In this document: one piece after another, positions 1-8,679 of the stretch
Layout: the number at the start of each line of letters is the position of its first letter
How positions within the stretch are numbered: the first letter of the stretch is position 1
Assembly (NCBI GenBank): GCA_043753085.1
Contig: JAYUXI010000488.1
Span: 1 to 45,897, forward strand
DNA: 45,897 nt
Direction: 5' to 3'
Origin: Myxococcales bacterium
Lineage (GTDB): Bacteria; Myxococcota_A; Polyangia; Polyangiales; Polyangiaceae
Made by a program: the position numbers and the translations under genes
Notes under the pieces: generated by a model
What the model saw: the letters and a program-made list of their open reading frames with translations, nothing else
The model's database searches: none
Told to the model about the DNA's origin: nothing

Positions 1-332
1 ATGCGGCAGGCGCCCTCAGCTTGGCCGACCACGACGGCGCCGGCGTCGCGTTCGCTGCCGCGCATCGGGTGCCGCTCGTACTGGTGAGCCCGATCTGGAT
101 CCACAAGGGCCGGCCGGCGCGCGGTCTCGCGCCTTTTGCCGGGCGAGCCGCCGTGCTGCGCGTGGGCCTCGGCGGGGTCGAGCACGGCGGGCACGCCGAG
201 CAGCTGGCCGCGGCCGGCGCCGACGGTGTGGCGGTGCAGCGGGCCCTCTACGCGGCGCTCGATTTGGCGGCGCGGATTGGCGAGCTGCTGGCACCGTTCC
301 CGCAGACGATGCCGGCGCCCTTGAGCCGCTGA
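1..332 (+). CDS. thiE: thiamine-phosphate synthase-like protein, C-terminal part (5' end lies outside the window)
   Basis: The reading frame is open from the window edge to the TGA at 330-332. The pattern 'VSPIW..KG.P..GL ... GLGGV ... AAGADGVAVQRAL' resembles the phosphate-binding C-terminal strands of ThiE-type TIM barrels. The frame is GC3-rich. Confidence 0.5.
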   Translation, partial: AAGALSLADHDGAGVAFAAAHRVPLVLVSPIWIHKGRPARGLAPFAGRAAVLRVGLGGVEHGGHAEQLAAAGADGVAVQRALYAALDLAARIGELLAPFPQTMPAPLSR

Positions 333-358
333 CCGCTTGGGTCTAGCGTGCCGCGAAA

Positions 359-634
359 ATGTCGAGCTACGACGAGATTCTCGCGATCACCACCGAAATC
401 ATGCAGCGCCACGTGGATGGCGGTCGCACGGTGGCACCGACCGATCACATCCAGCACGATCTGGGGCTCGACAGCCTCAGCGTCATGGAAGTCGTAGCCG
501 ACATCGAGGATCGCTTCGAGCTGACCATTCCCAACGACGTGCTCGGCGCGTTCGGTACCGTCGAGGACGTGGCGCGCGCGCTCTTGAAGCTGCGCGAGTC
601 GATGCCCGGAACCCCGAGCGACGCAGAGGTCTAA
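359..634 (+). CDS. stand-alone acyl/peptidyl carrier protein (91 aa)
   Basis: It has the 'DLGLDSLSVMEVV' phosphopantetheine attachment motif (D-S-L), the typical ~90-aa size and an acidic helix-rich composition. It starts 27 bp after the thiE-like stop. Confidence 0.8.
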   Translation: MSSYDEILAITTEIMQRHVDGGRTVAPTDHIQHDLGLDSLSVMEVVADIEDRFELTIPNDVLGAFGTVEDVARALLKLRESMPGTPSDAEV

Positions 635-1500
635 GAGACGACCGGCAGGCTGCGCCCCGGCAGCAGCTCGTTGTGGCTGCCTTGCCGGTAGCCCTGCAGA
701 TCCAGCGTAACGTACGCGAAGCCGTGCTGCTTGCCGGATTTCACGATAGCGGGGCCCAGCTCGAAGGCGCGCGCGAGCTCGGCACTGCCCACCTCGATGC
801 GGGCCAAAGCGGGCTCGTCGTCTTTTTCTTCGCCGGGACTGCCGAGGCCGTGCCAGCGCACGCGCACCTGCGCGAGGCCGAGGCCGTGCAGCGCGTCTTC
901 GAAGGCGCCAATGCGCTGGAGCCGCGCGCGCGTGACCTTGGTGCCGTAGGGCAGTCGGCTCGACAGACAAGCAGCTGCGGGTTTGTCCCAGACGCCGAGA
1001 CCGAGAAGTCGGGCGCCTTCGCGCACGTCGGCCTTGGTGAAACCGGCTTCGACCAGCGGGCTGCGCGCGCCGGCCTGCCTGGCTGCTTCGAGTCCGGGAC
1101 GGTAGTCGCCGAGGTCGTCGAGGTTGGTGCCGTTCACGGCGACGGACAGGCCCCACTCGCTCAGTTTGCGCTCGCTCACGCGATACAGCTCGCTCTTGCA
1201 GTAGAAACAGCGATCCGAACGGTTGGCCTGGTAGTTCTCGTCGTCGATCTCGCTCGACTCGACCAGCTCGTGGCGGGCGCCAATCTCCTGGGCGATGGCC
1301 ACCGCGTGGGTGCGCTCGAACGAAGCGAGGCTCGGGCTGACGGCGGTCATGCCGATGGCGTTCTCGCCGAGGATCTCGTGCGCCACGGCCAACACGAACG
1401 CGCTGTCTACCCCGCCCGAGTAGCACACCAGCACCTTGCCCATGTCGCGCAGCAGGGCGCGCAGGTGCGCGAGCTTTTCGGCGAGGGGTGGCTGACTCAT
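631..1500 (-). CDS. larE: PP-loop ATP pyrophosphatase of the LarE / TIGR00268 type (sulfur transferase family)
   Basis: It has the 'VCYSGGVDSAFV' PP-loop (SGGxDS), plus 'RCFYCKSELY' (CxxC) and 'AAACLSSRLPYG'. I chose the internal ATG at 1500 (MSQPPLAEKL...) because the upstream 66 codons of the listed ORF are Arg/Pro-rich junk. Confidence 0.8.
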   Translation of the reverse strand: MSQPPLAEKLAHLRALLRDMGKVLVCYSGGVDSAFVLAVAHEILGENAIGMTAVSPSLASFERTHAVAIAQEIGARHELVESSEIDDENYQANRSDRCFYCKSELYRVSERKLSEWGLSVAVNGTNLDDLGDYRPGLEAARQAGARSPLVEAGFTKADVREGARLLGLGVWDKPAAACLSSRLPYGTKVTRARLQRIGAFEDALHGLGLAQVRVRWHGLGSPGEEKDDEPALARIEVGSAELARAFELGPAIVKSGKQHGFAYVTLDLQGYRQGSHNELLPGRSLPVVS

Positions 1501-1540
1501 GCGCCTACGGTAGTCAGCAGGGCCCGCGCGCGCAAACCGC

Positions 1541-3160
1541 ATGGTCGATCCGGTTGCTCTCGGGCCGCGCCAGCGCAGCGGTCGCCAGCGGCGAGAAACG
1601 GCGTACGCTGGCCACGTGGAATGGTTGGTCGTCGGATCCGGGACGGCGGGCGCGGTGGTGGCGTCGCGCCTGACCGAGCATGCCGGGCACGCCGTCACGC
1701 TGCTCGAAGCGGGCCCCGACTATCCAGAGCTCGCGTCGCTGCCGTACGACCTCGGCGACGGCACCCGCAACTCGATGACCACGCACGACTGGGGTCTGTG
1801 GCATCGACCGAACCTGGCCTCGCAGTTGCGATTGCCGTACCCGCGGGGGCGCGTGGTGGGCGGCTCGTCCGCGGTGAACACCTGCATCGCGGTGCGTGGT
1901 CAACCCGAAGACTACGACGAGTGGGGCGCCCTCGGGCTCGACGAGTGGACGTGGGACCAGTGTTTGCCAGCGTTTCGTCGGCTGGAGCGGGACGTCGACT
2001 TCTCCGAACGCGACGAGCACGGCGCAGCGGGACCGATGCCGATCCGGCGCCATCCACCCGGCGAGATGATGGCGTGGCAGGCGAGTTTCCTCGAGGCTGC
2101 GCGCGAGCGTGGCCACGCACCGGTGGCCGACCACAACGCGGTGCACCAGCTCGGCGCGGGGCCTACCCCGATGAACAAGATCGGCGGCCGGCGCATCAGC
2201 GCGGCCGAGGCGTACTTGCCGCCGCCTACGCGCGCACGCAGCAACTTCCGGCTGCGCCCGGACACGCTGGTGCGTCGCGTGCTCGTCCGCGACGGCCGCG
2301 CCTGGGGAGTCGAAGTGGAGCACGCGGGCGCGGTGCATGTACTGCGCAGCAATCGCGTCGTGCTGGCCGCCGGGGCGGTGGCCACTCCCGGGATCTTGCT
2401 GCGCTCGGGCGTGGGCCCAGCCCGCGAGCTGGCCCGGCTCGGCGTCGACGTCGTGGTCGACTTGCCGGCCGTCGGAGCCCGCTTGCTGGACCATGCCGGC
2501 TGCGCGCTCTTTTACGCCCACCGAGCCGGCGGCCGGTTCGCCGCGCGTGACACGCCGGAGCTGCGCTTGCCGCTCATGCAGGCCATGCTGCGGATGACCT
2601 CGCCCGGCAGCGAGGTACCGGGCGATCTGCAGCTGCAAGCCGGGACGCGCGTGCCGATCCCGGTGCCGCCGCTGCGCAACTGGGTCGGGCTCATGGTGCA
2701 AGTCGGCAAGATGCGCGGCCACGGAAGCTTGCACTTTGCCTCGGCCCATCCGAAGCAAAAGCCGCGGATCACGTCGGCCTTGCTGCACCACCCCGACGAC
2801 GCGGCCAAGGCGCTGTTCGCCGCCCGGGAGCTGCTTGCGCTCGGTGCGACCAAGTCGCTTTCGGGCGATGCCACGCTGGCGTGGCCGATGCCCGCCGACC
2901 GCACGGGCGACGCGCTGCTGCGCTGGCTGCGGCGCTGGAACGACTCCGGGTACCACCCCTGCGGCACCGTGCCGATGGGGCGCGAGGGGGATCCGAACGC
3001 CGCGCTCGATGGGCGCGGTCGAGTCCGCGGGGTACGCGGCCTGTGGGTGGTCGACGCCAGCGCGATGCCGGCCCTGCCGAGCGCCAACACGAACGTCCCC
3101 ACGTTGATGATGGGAGAGCGCTTCGCGGCGTGGCTCGCGGCCGGCGACGCGGAGCCTTAG
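1541..3160 (+). CDS. GMC-family FAD-dependent oxidoreductase (choline dehydrogenase-like)
   Basis: It has the N-terminal Rossmann motif 'WLVVGSGTAGAVVASRL', the 'GGSSAVNTCIAVRG..EDYDEW' motif and the C-terminal 'YHPCGT..MG' plus 'VVDAS.MP' GMC signatures. The GTG at 1616 is a plausible alternative start, since it lies just before the GxGxxG motif. Confidence 0.85.
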   Translation: MVDPVALGPRQRSGRQRRETAYAGHVEWLVVGSGTAGAVVASRLTEHAGHAVTLLEAGPDYPELASLPYDLGDGTRNSMTTHDWGLWHRPNLASQLRLPYPRGRVVGGSSAVNTCIAVRGQPEDYDEWGALGLDEWTWDQCLPAFRRLERDVDFSERDEHGAAGPMPIRRHPPGEMMAWQASFLEAARERGHAPVADHNAVHQLGAGPTPMNKIGGRRISAAEAYLPPPTRARSNFRLRPDTLVRRVLVRDGRAWGVEVEHAGAVHVLRSNRVVLAAGAVATPGILLRSGVGPARELARLGVDVVVDLPAVGARLLDHAGCALFYAHRAGGRFAARDTPELRLPLMQAMLRMTSPGSEVPGDLQLQAGTRVPIPVPPLRNWVGLMVQVGKMRGHGSLHFASAHPKQKPRITSALLHHPDDAAKALFAARELLALGATKSLSGDATLAWPMPADRTGDALLRWLRRWNDSGYHPCGTVPMGREGDPNAALDGRGRVRGVRGLWVVDASAMPALPSANTNVPTLMMGERFAAWLAAGDAEP

Positions 3161-3191
3161 ATCGAATCCAGCTCCGGTCCGTCTCACCTCC

Positions 3192-3761
3192 ATGCACGTC
3201 GGTCAGCTCGGAATCGTGGCGCCCTGCAGCCAATCGCTCGACTCGATGAGCGGCACGGCCGATCCCAACGCACGGTTCTGCGCTTCGTGTCGGGAGCGGG
3301 TCGTCGATCTGTCGAAGCTCACGCGTCGCCAGGCCGAGGCCGTGCTGCGCCGCGGCGAGTGCGTGAGCGCCGCCTACGACGACGAGGGCGAGGTGGTGTT
3401 TCGGGCGGAGCGCCGCGGGTTGCCGATGTTTCCCCAGGCGCTGCGTGCCGCCGCGGTGGCGGCGCCGCTGTGGCTGATGGGCTGCCGGGAGTCGGTCCCG
3501 GAAAGCGCTTCCGCGGAGCCGTCGGCGCTGATGACGCCAGATCGCCCGGTCCACGCGGTGCAGCCGACGGTCGCCCTTGCAGACGATGAGCCCGCCGCGT
3601 GCGTTCTCGCCGCGCCCGCGCCGCAGCCCGTCGCGCCCGCAGCACCAGGCGTCGTCGCGCAGCCGAAGCCGCGCGCGCCGCACCCGGTCAGCGCGCCGCA
3701 CCCGCGTCCGTTTCCGCGTCTCGCCGGGAAGCCGGCGTTCCACTCGAAGGCGATGCGCTGA
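3192..3761 (+). CDS. hypothetical protein with an N-terminal Cys motif (C-x17-C-x2-C ... 'VVDLSKLTRRQAEAVL') and a Pro/Ala-rich tail
   Basis: The frame is GC3-rich. The 'RFCxxCxxxVxDLSxLT..EA' segment resembles a small zinc-ribbon-like N-terminal module that I recall from myxobacterial hypothetical proteins. The start is uncertain; an alternative ATG lies at 3246. Confidence 0.5.
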   Translation: MHVGQLGIVAPCSQSLDSMSGTADPNARFCASCRERVVDLSKLTRRQAEAVLRRGECVSAAYDDEGEVVFRAERRGLPMFPQALRAAAVAAPLWLMGCRESVPESASAEPSALMTPDRPVHAVQPTVALADDEPAACVLAAPAPQPVAPAAPGVVAQPKPRAPHPVSAPHPRPFPRLAGKPAFHSKAMR

Positions 3762-3800
3762 CGAAACGGTCGCAAAGAGCCGCGCTTCGCTCGCGAATGC

Positions 3801-6413
3801 TCAGAAAAAGTTGCCGATGGTGAACTCGAACACGCTGCTCTGCTCGTAGCTCAGCTTGTTGAGCGGGAAGCCGAGCTCGAAACGAAGCGGGCCGAGCGGC
3901 GAGAACCAGCGGATCCCGCCGCCGGCTGCCATGCGCACGTACTGCAGCGACGAGAGGCCATTGAAACAGGGCGACACCAGGTTCGAAAACTGCGGCGCCG
4001 GCGTGGTGCGGCAGTACTGGTCTTCCAGGTTCCACGAGTTGCCCATGTCGTAGAAGGCCACGCCGCGGATGCCGACCTTGTCGATGATCGGGAACTCGAA
4101 CTCGACGTTCGTGTAGGCCTGCATGTTTCCGCCGAAGTTGGCGCCGTTGTTGATGGGCGCGGCGTTTACGTCGAGCGACTGGTTGAGCGGCAAGCGCGGG
4201 CCGAGGGTGCGCAAGCGGTAACCGCGAACGTCGAGAATGCCGCCGAGGAAGTAGCGTGCGAAGATCGGCACGCCCTGGGCGTTGGGGCTGGTGATGAGGC
4301 CAAACTCGGTGTTGGCCTTGAGCACGAAGCCCGAGCCCGGCTGGCCAGTCTGGCCGCCAAGCGGAATGTAGAAGCGGAAGTTCAAGCGGTGACGCAGGAA
4401 CTCGATCTGGCTGCCGGTGGCGCTGTCGGCAAACTCGGTGGACGCGACCGCGTACAGACCCGAGGTGGGAAAGAGGCGGTTGTCACGCGTGTCGTAGGTG
4501 AGGGCGGGGCGCAGCGACACGGTGCGGCCGGCGTTGAACAGGTTGGCCAGTGGCAGCGTGGAGAACGCCGTGTAGAACGAGGGTGCGCTGCCGAAGAACG
4601 TGGTGACGTTTCCGGTGCTCACCGAGTCGTGCTGCACCGTGCCGGTGAGGCTGAGTCGCAACCACGGCTGGATTAGCGCGTAGCCGAACGTGAGGCTGCC
4701 GCCGACAGAGTTGCGAGAAAAATCTGGAAAGATGTAGAGCTGGTTGAAAACCTCGGTCGAGAACGACCAGTCCGAATCGAAAAAATAGGGTTCGAAAAAG
4801 CGCAGACTGAACAGACGACGCAAGCTCGACACCTGCGCCTGGAGGGCGAGCGACTGTCCCGAACCGAACAGGTTGGCTTGCTGCACCTGCGCCGTGGCGA
4901 TGAAGTTTTCGATCGACGAGAAGCCGGCGCCGACCTGGAAGGTGCCGGTGGGCCGCTCGGTAATCTCGAAGTTGACGACGATCTTGTCCGGCGCCGAGCC
5001 TTGCTCGGTGGACATGTCGACGCGCTCGAAGTAGCCGAGGGCGGTGATGCGGCGCTTGGAATCTTCGAGCTTGGTCTCGGAGAAGAGCTGGCCTTCTTCG
5101 ATCTCCAGCTCGCGCCGCACCACTTTGTCGCGGGTCTTGGTGTTGCCCTTCAGCTCGATGCGCTCGATGCTGACGAGCGGGCCGCGGCGGATCGGAACGA
5201 CGAGGTCGACCTCTTTTTTCTGTGGGTCGAGGTCGGTCTCGGGCTCGGCTTCGACGTTGGCGTAACCCGCGTCGCGGTAGAGCGTGCGCACCGCCTGCAG
5301 GTCGTTCACGAGCTCGGCGCGATTGAAGAAGTCGCCCGCCTTCGAGTGCACCATCTGCCGCAGTGCGCGGCGGCCGCCGAGCGGCTCGATCTCGTTGCCA
5401 TCGGCGTCGCGCTCGAAGACCTTGAGCTGGCGGATCTTGTAGCGGGGGCCCTCGTGGATGCTGAGCGTGATCTCGATGCCCTCGCGGTCGGGCGTGATCA
5501 TCACGCGCGGCGTACCGACCTGGACGTTCAGAAAGCCCTTGTCGTAGTAGAGCGCCGACAGCAGCAGCACGTCGCGTTCGAGCAGATCTTGCCGGTACGG
5601 ACCCCCCGAGCCGAACGAGAGGAACGAGATCTGCGCGGTAGCCATCACCGCCCTGAGCTCGTCGTCCTTGACGTTCAGGTTGCCGAGGAAGTTGATGCGG
5701 CGAACCGTGACCGGCTGGTGCTCGGCCACCTTGAACTTGACGGTGACCTCGTTGTCCTTGTCGGGCTCGATGGCAAAGTTGACGTCGGCGAGGAAGTAGC
5801 CCTTCTCGGCGTACGCATCTTTGATCTTCTGCACGCTGCGGCGCACCGCCGGGATGCTGAGGCTGGTCTGGACCTTGATCTCGATCGCTTCGAGCAGCTT
5901 GTCCTTGTCGAGCTCGTCGTTGCCTTCGAACTCGATCGCCTTCACGTTCGGGCGCTCGCGCACGACGAAGCGCAGGGTGACACCCGCGGAGTCCTGCGTC
6001 AGGTCGACCTCGATGTCGTCGAAGAAGCCCGAGTCCCAGAGCGAGCGCACGTCGTTGGTGAGGGTCTCGCCCTTGAACGGCTGGCCGAGCTTGGTGCGCA
6101 CGTACGTGAGCACGTCTTCTTCGGCGATGCGGCGCGTGCCCACCACCTCGATTCGGCGAACCGGCAGGCCCGCGGCGCGCTCGACGTCGCTCGGGGCCAG
6201 TCGCACGACGGGAACCTCGGGCTCCTGGGTCGGATCCGCTGCCCCGCCGTCGCCCGTGACCGCTGGAGCGCCGGCATCTTGCACGTCCGCCGCGAGCACT
6301 CGCGGCGCGCCGGCGTCCTGCGCGCGGGCCGCGGCGGGCACGAGCAGCGAGACCAGCGAGACCAGCACGCTGATCGCGAGAGCCAGGGCGATTCGGAAAG
6401 GAAAGGCTCGCAT
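3801..6413 (-). CDS. bamA: outer membrane protein assembly factor BamA
   Basis: It has a signal peptide (MRAFPFRIALALAISVLV...AAARAQ), repeated POTRA-like segments ('I..I.F.GN......L', 'Y...GY..A.V') and a C-terminal Omp85 barrel ending in 'EFTIGNFF'. I chose the ATG at 6413. Confidence 0.9.
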   Translation of the reverse strand: MRAFPFRIALALAISVLVSLVSLLVPAAARAQDAGAPRVLAADVQDAGAPAVTGDGGAADPTQEPEVPVVRLAPSDVERAAGLPVRRIEVVGTRRIAEEDVLTYVRTKLGQPFKGETLTNDVRSLWDSGFFDDIEVDLTQDSAGVTLRFVVRERPNVKAIEFEGNDELDKDKLLEAIEIKVQTSLSIPAVRRSVQKIKDAYAEKGYFLADVNFAIEPDKDNEVTVKFKVAEHQPVTVRRINFLGNLNVKDDELRAVMATAQISFLSFGSGGPYRQDLLERDVLLLSALYYDKGFLNVQVGTPRVMITPDREGIEITLSIHEGPRYKIRQLKVFERDADGNEIEPLGGRRALRQMVHSKAGDFFNRAELVNDLQAVRTLYRDAGYANVEAEPETDLDPQKKEVDLVVPIRRGPLVSIERIELKGNTKTRDKVVRRELEIEEGQLFSETKLEDSKRRITALGYFERVDMSTEQGSAPDKIVVNFEITERPTGTFQVGAGFSSIENFIATAQVQQANLFGSGQSLALQAQVSSLRRLFSLRFFEPYFFDSDWSFSTEVFNQLYIFPDFSRNSVGGSLTFGYALIQPWLRLSLTGTVQHDSVSTGNVTTFFGSAPSFYTAFSTLPLANLFNAGRTVSLRPALTYDTRDNRLFPTSGLYAVASTEFADSATGSQIEFLRHRLNFRFYIPLGGQTGQPGSGFVLKANTEFGLITSPNAQGVPIFARYFLGGILDVRGYRLRTLGPRLPLNQSLDVNAAPINNGANFGGNMQAYTNVEFEFPIIDKVGIRGVAFYDMGNSWNLEDQYCRTTPAPQFSNLVSPCFNGLSSLQYVRMAAGGGIRWFSPLGPLRFELGFPLNKLSYEQSSVFEFTIGNFF

Positions 6414-6610
6414 CGTGGGGCAGTGCCCGGAAAAGACCGACCAAACCTCGCGCGACATCGCGAATCGGGGCGTGGGCGCCCGGGTGTTACCGCGGTCAGG
6501 AAGGGGAGGTCAATGTAGAATCCCCCGACAAGAACCCTGGGGCTGGAGCGCGCGCAGCTCCAGCGTGGGCTGCGTACGCTGCCATGGCCGCCGCGTGCTA
6601 GGCCTACACC

Positions 6611-7426
6611 GTGACCGAGAACCTTCGCGCAGGCACACGACCCGGACGCCGGATCCTCGAAGTACGGGGCGCCGATCGCGTCGGCTGGCTGAACGGACTG
6701 CTCACGTGCGACGTGAGCAAGCTGGCGCCCGGCCACGCCCTCCATGGTTTAGTCGTGGCGCGCAAGGGCAAAATCATGAGCGACGTTCTGGTGGCGGCGC
6801 CGCACGGCACCGACCTTCTCGTGCTCGACCTGGATGCGGCGGCGGCGGCGGCGGCGCACGAGCATCTCGAGCACCACCTCATCACGGAAGACGTCGAGAT
6901 GACCCTGCGCGACGCCGCGCCCATCGTGCAGATCGGCCCCAATGCCGGCGCTTCCGCCCGCCTGGTGATGCGCGGGCTCGTCGGCGCGCCCGAGGTCGAA
7001 GCGGGCCTGCGCTTCGACGACGCGCCCTTCACCGGCGACGAGGGCGTGTACGAGGATCTGCGGTTTCTGGCCGGCTGGCCCGCCTTCGGTCTCGACTACG
7101 ACGACGCCTTCTATCCGCAGGAGGCCGGCCTCGAGACGTTTGCCGTGGCATTCGACAAGGGCTGTTACCTCGGGCAGGAGGTGGTGTTCATGCTGCAGGT
7201 GCGCGGCAAAGTGAAACGCCGCCTCGCGCTGCTGGAGCTCGGGCCGGGCAGCGCGCCTGCGTTCGGCACGGTCGTGACCCTGCCGGGCGGAAAAGAAGTC
7301 GGCGAGACGCGCACGGCGCGCATCCTGCCGGGCGCCACGCGCGCGTTCGCGCTGCTGCGCGAAGGTACCTGGAAACCGGGGACGGAGCTGCTCGTGGCCG
7401 GCGCCGCGGCGCGCGTGCTCGGCTAG
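6611..7426 (+). CDS. ygfZ: folate-binding YgfZ / GcvT-like protein
   Basis: It has the signature 'DKGCYLGQEVV' (K-G-C-Y-x-G-Q-E), the 'RGADRVGWLNGLLTCDV' N-terminal motif and a GTG start. Confidence 0.75.
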   Translation: MTENLRAGTRPGRRILEVRGADRVGWLNGLLTCDVSKLAPGHALHGLVVARKGKIMSDVLVAAPHGTDLLVLDLDAAAAAAAHEHLEHHLITEDVEMTLRDAAPIVQIGPNAGASARLVMRGLVGAPEVEAGLRFDDAPFTGDEGVYEDLRFLAGWPAFGLDYDDAFYPQEAGLETFAVAFDKGCYLGQEVVFMLQVRGKVKRRLALLELGPGSAPAFGTVVTLPGGKEVGETRTARILPGATRAFALLREGTWKPGTELLVAGAAARVLG

Positions 7427-8646
7427 CGCGGCGACAGGCCCGGTGGGGCGTGCGGCATCGGCTCCGAGGCGGGTGTGAGCTCCGGCGCTGCGTGGAAGTC
7501 GACCGCGTTCGGCGCAGCGTGCACGCAGCCGTCGTGCGGGGCGTCGCTGCCGGCGGGGACGACTTCTTTTTCGTGCGGGCAGGCGTCGAGCTTGTCCTGC
7601 AGGCCGTCGCCGTCGGAGTCGCGGTCGTGGGGCGCGTAGCGGAGGCCGAGCGTGAAACGGAAGCGTGGCGTACCGAAGTCGTCGCCGGTGAGGGCGATGC
7701 CGCCACCGCCAGATGCGTCCGCGGCGAAGTCGCCGCCGAAAAACGGCGCGGTACGCACGCCGATGGCCCACTCGGCGGGGGCGTTGCCGCCACCGACGTT
7801 GCGCGAGTCGACGGCGCCACTGGCACGCACCACCGACGCGCGGTTGCGTGTGGTGCCGACCAGCATGCGAAACTCGACGAAGGGCGCCAGCAGCTCGTTG
7901 CCGAAGATGTCGTAGGTGACGCCGAGCGCCTGGGTGATCTGCGGGCCGACGCGGGTGCCGAGCGCCTCTCGAGTCTCGCGCACGCGCACGCCGATCTCGG
8001 CGCCGACCAGCAGACGGCCGTAGCGCAGATCTCCGGCGAGACTAGGGACGAACACGGCGGTGCCGTTGGTGGCAAAAGCATCGCGATCGCCGGTGGGCGC
8101 CGACACGTCGAAGCGGCCCATCAGCCCGTAGGTGAGCTTCCGGCGCTGGATCAACGTGGCGTCGTCGACCCGGGGACGAGTGACGAACGCGTAGCCGACG
8201 CCGAAGCGCAGATCGCGCAGGGCCTGGTTGCGCAGGGTGCCGCCGCCGGTGAGCGGCCGCAGGCCTTCGCCGTTCTGCAGCACGGTGGCCGGCAGCACGA
8301 ACGATGCGTGCAGTTTCTCGGTGATGCCGAGCGCGAGCAGAAAGTGTTCGGTGAGCTGGTTGTCGACGGCGAAGTTGCGCGTGCCGGTGGGCCCTGGCGA
8401 GGGCGTCAGCAAGGTAACGGGGCGCGATTGGTAGCTGCTGATCAGACCGAACGAAACCTGGCCTTCGCGCAGGGGCTCGGTGCCGCCGATGCTGACGAAG
8501 CGCGTGGTACCCGCGTGCGGCCAGAACGTTTCGGAGTCGATGCACGCGTTGTTCACGGTCACGTCGCATGGATCGGCGGCCTGCGCAGGAGCGGGCAGCA
8601 GCGACGTGGCAGCAAGAAGAACGGGAGCAAGAAAGCGGCGCGTCAT
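7423..8646 (-). CDS. secreted putative outer-membrane beta-barrel protein with a C-terminal thrombospondin-type-3 (DxDxDG) repeat
   Basis: It has the signal peptide 'MTRRFLAPVLLAATSLLPAPAQA', an alternating beta-strand-like sequence and 'DRDSDGDGLQDKLDACP' near the C-terminus. No OmpA/peptidoglycan-binding domain follows. Confidence 0.6.
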   Translation of the reverse strand: MTRRFLAPVLLAATSLLPAPAQAADPCDVTVNNACIDSETFWPHAGTTRFVSIGGTEPLREGQVSFGLISSYQSRPVTLLTPSPGPTGTRNFAVDNQLTEHFLLALGITEKLHASFVLPATVLQNGEGLRPLTGGGTLRNQALRDLRFGVGYAFVTRPRVDDATLIQRRKLTYGLMGRFDVSAPTGDRDAFATNGTAVFVPSLAGDLRYGRLLVGAEIGVRVRETREALGTRVGPQITQALGVTYDIFGNELLAPFVEFRMLVGTTRNRASVVRASGAVDSRNVGGGNAPAEWAIGVRTAPFFGGDFAADASGGGGIALTGDDFGTPRFRFTLGLRYAPHDRDSDGDGLQDKLDACPHEKEVVPAGSDAPHDGCVHAAPNAVDFHAAPELTPASEPMPHAPPGLSPR

Positions 8647-8679
8647 GGCGGCTGGCGAGGCGACCGTATCACAACCGCG

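Noticed and set aside
337-2550. A 737-aa plus-strand ORF, plus the similar long listed ORFs at 248-1426(-), 1514-3193(-), 8669-10981(-), 15971-17698(-), 21600-23165(-) and 23615-25390(-).
   Set aside because: All of them overlap genes with clear motifs in another frame or strand, and all have extreme Arg/Pro/Ala composition. None has a recognisable domain.
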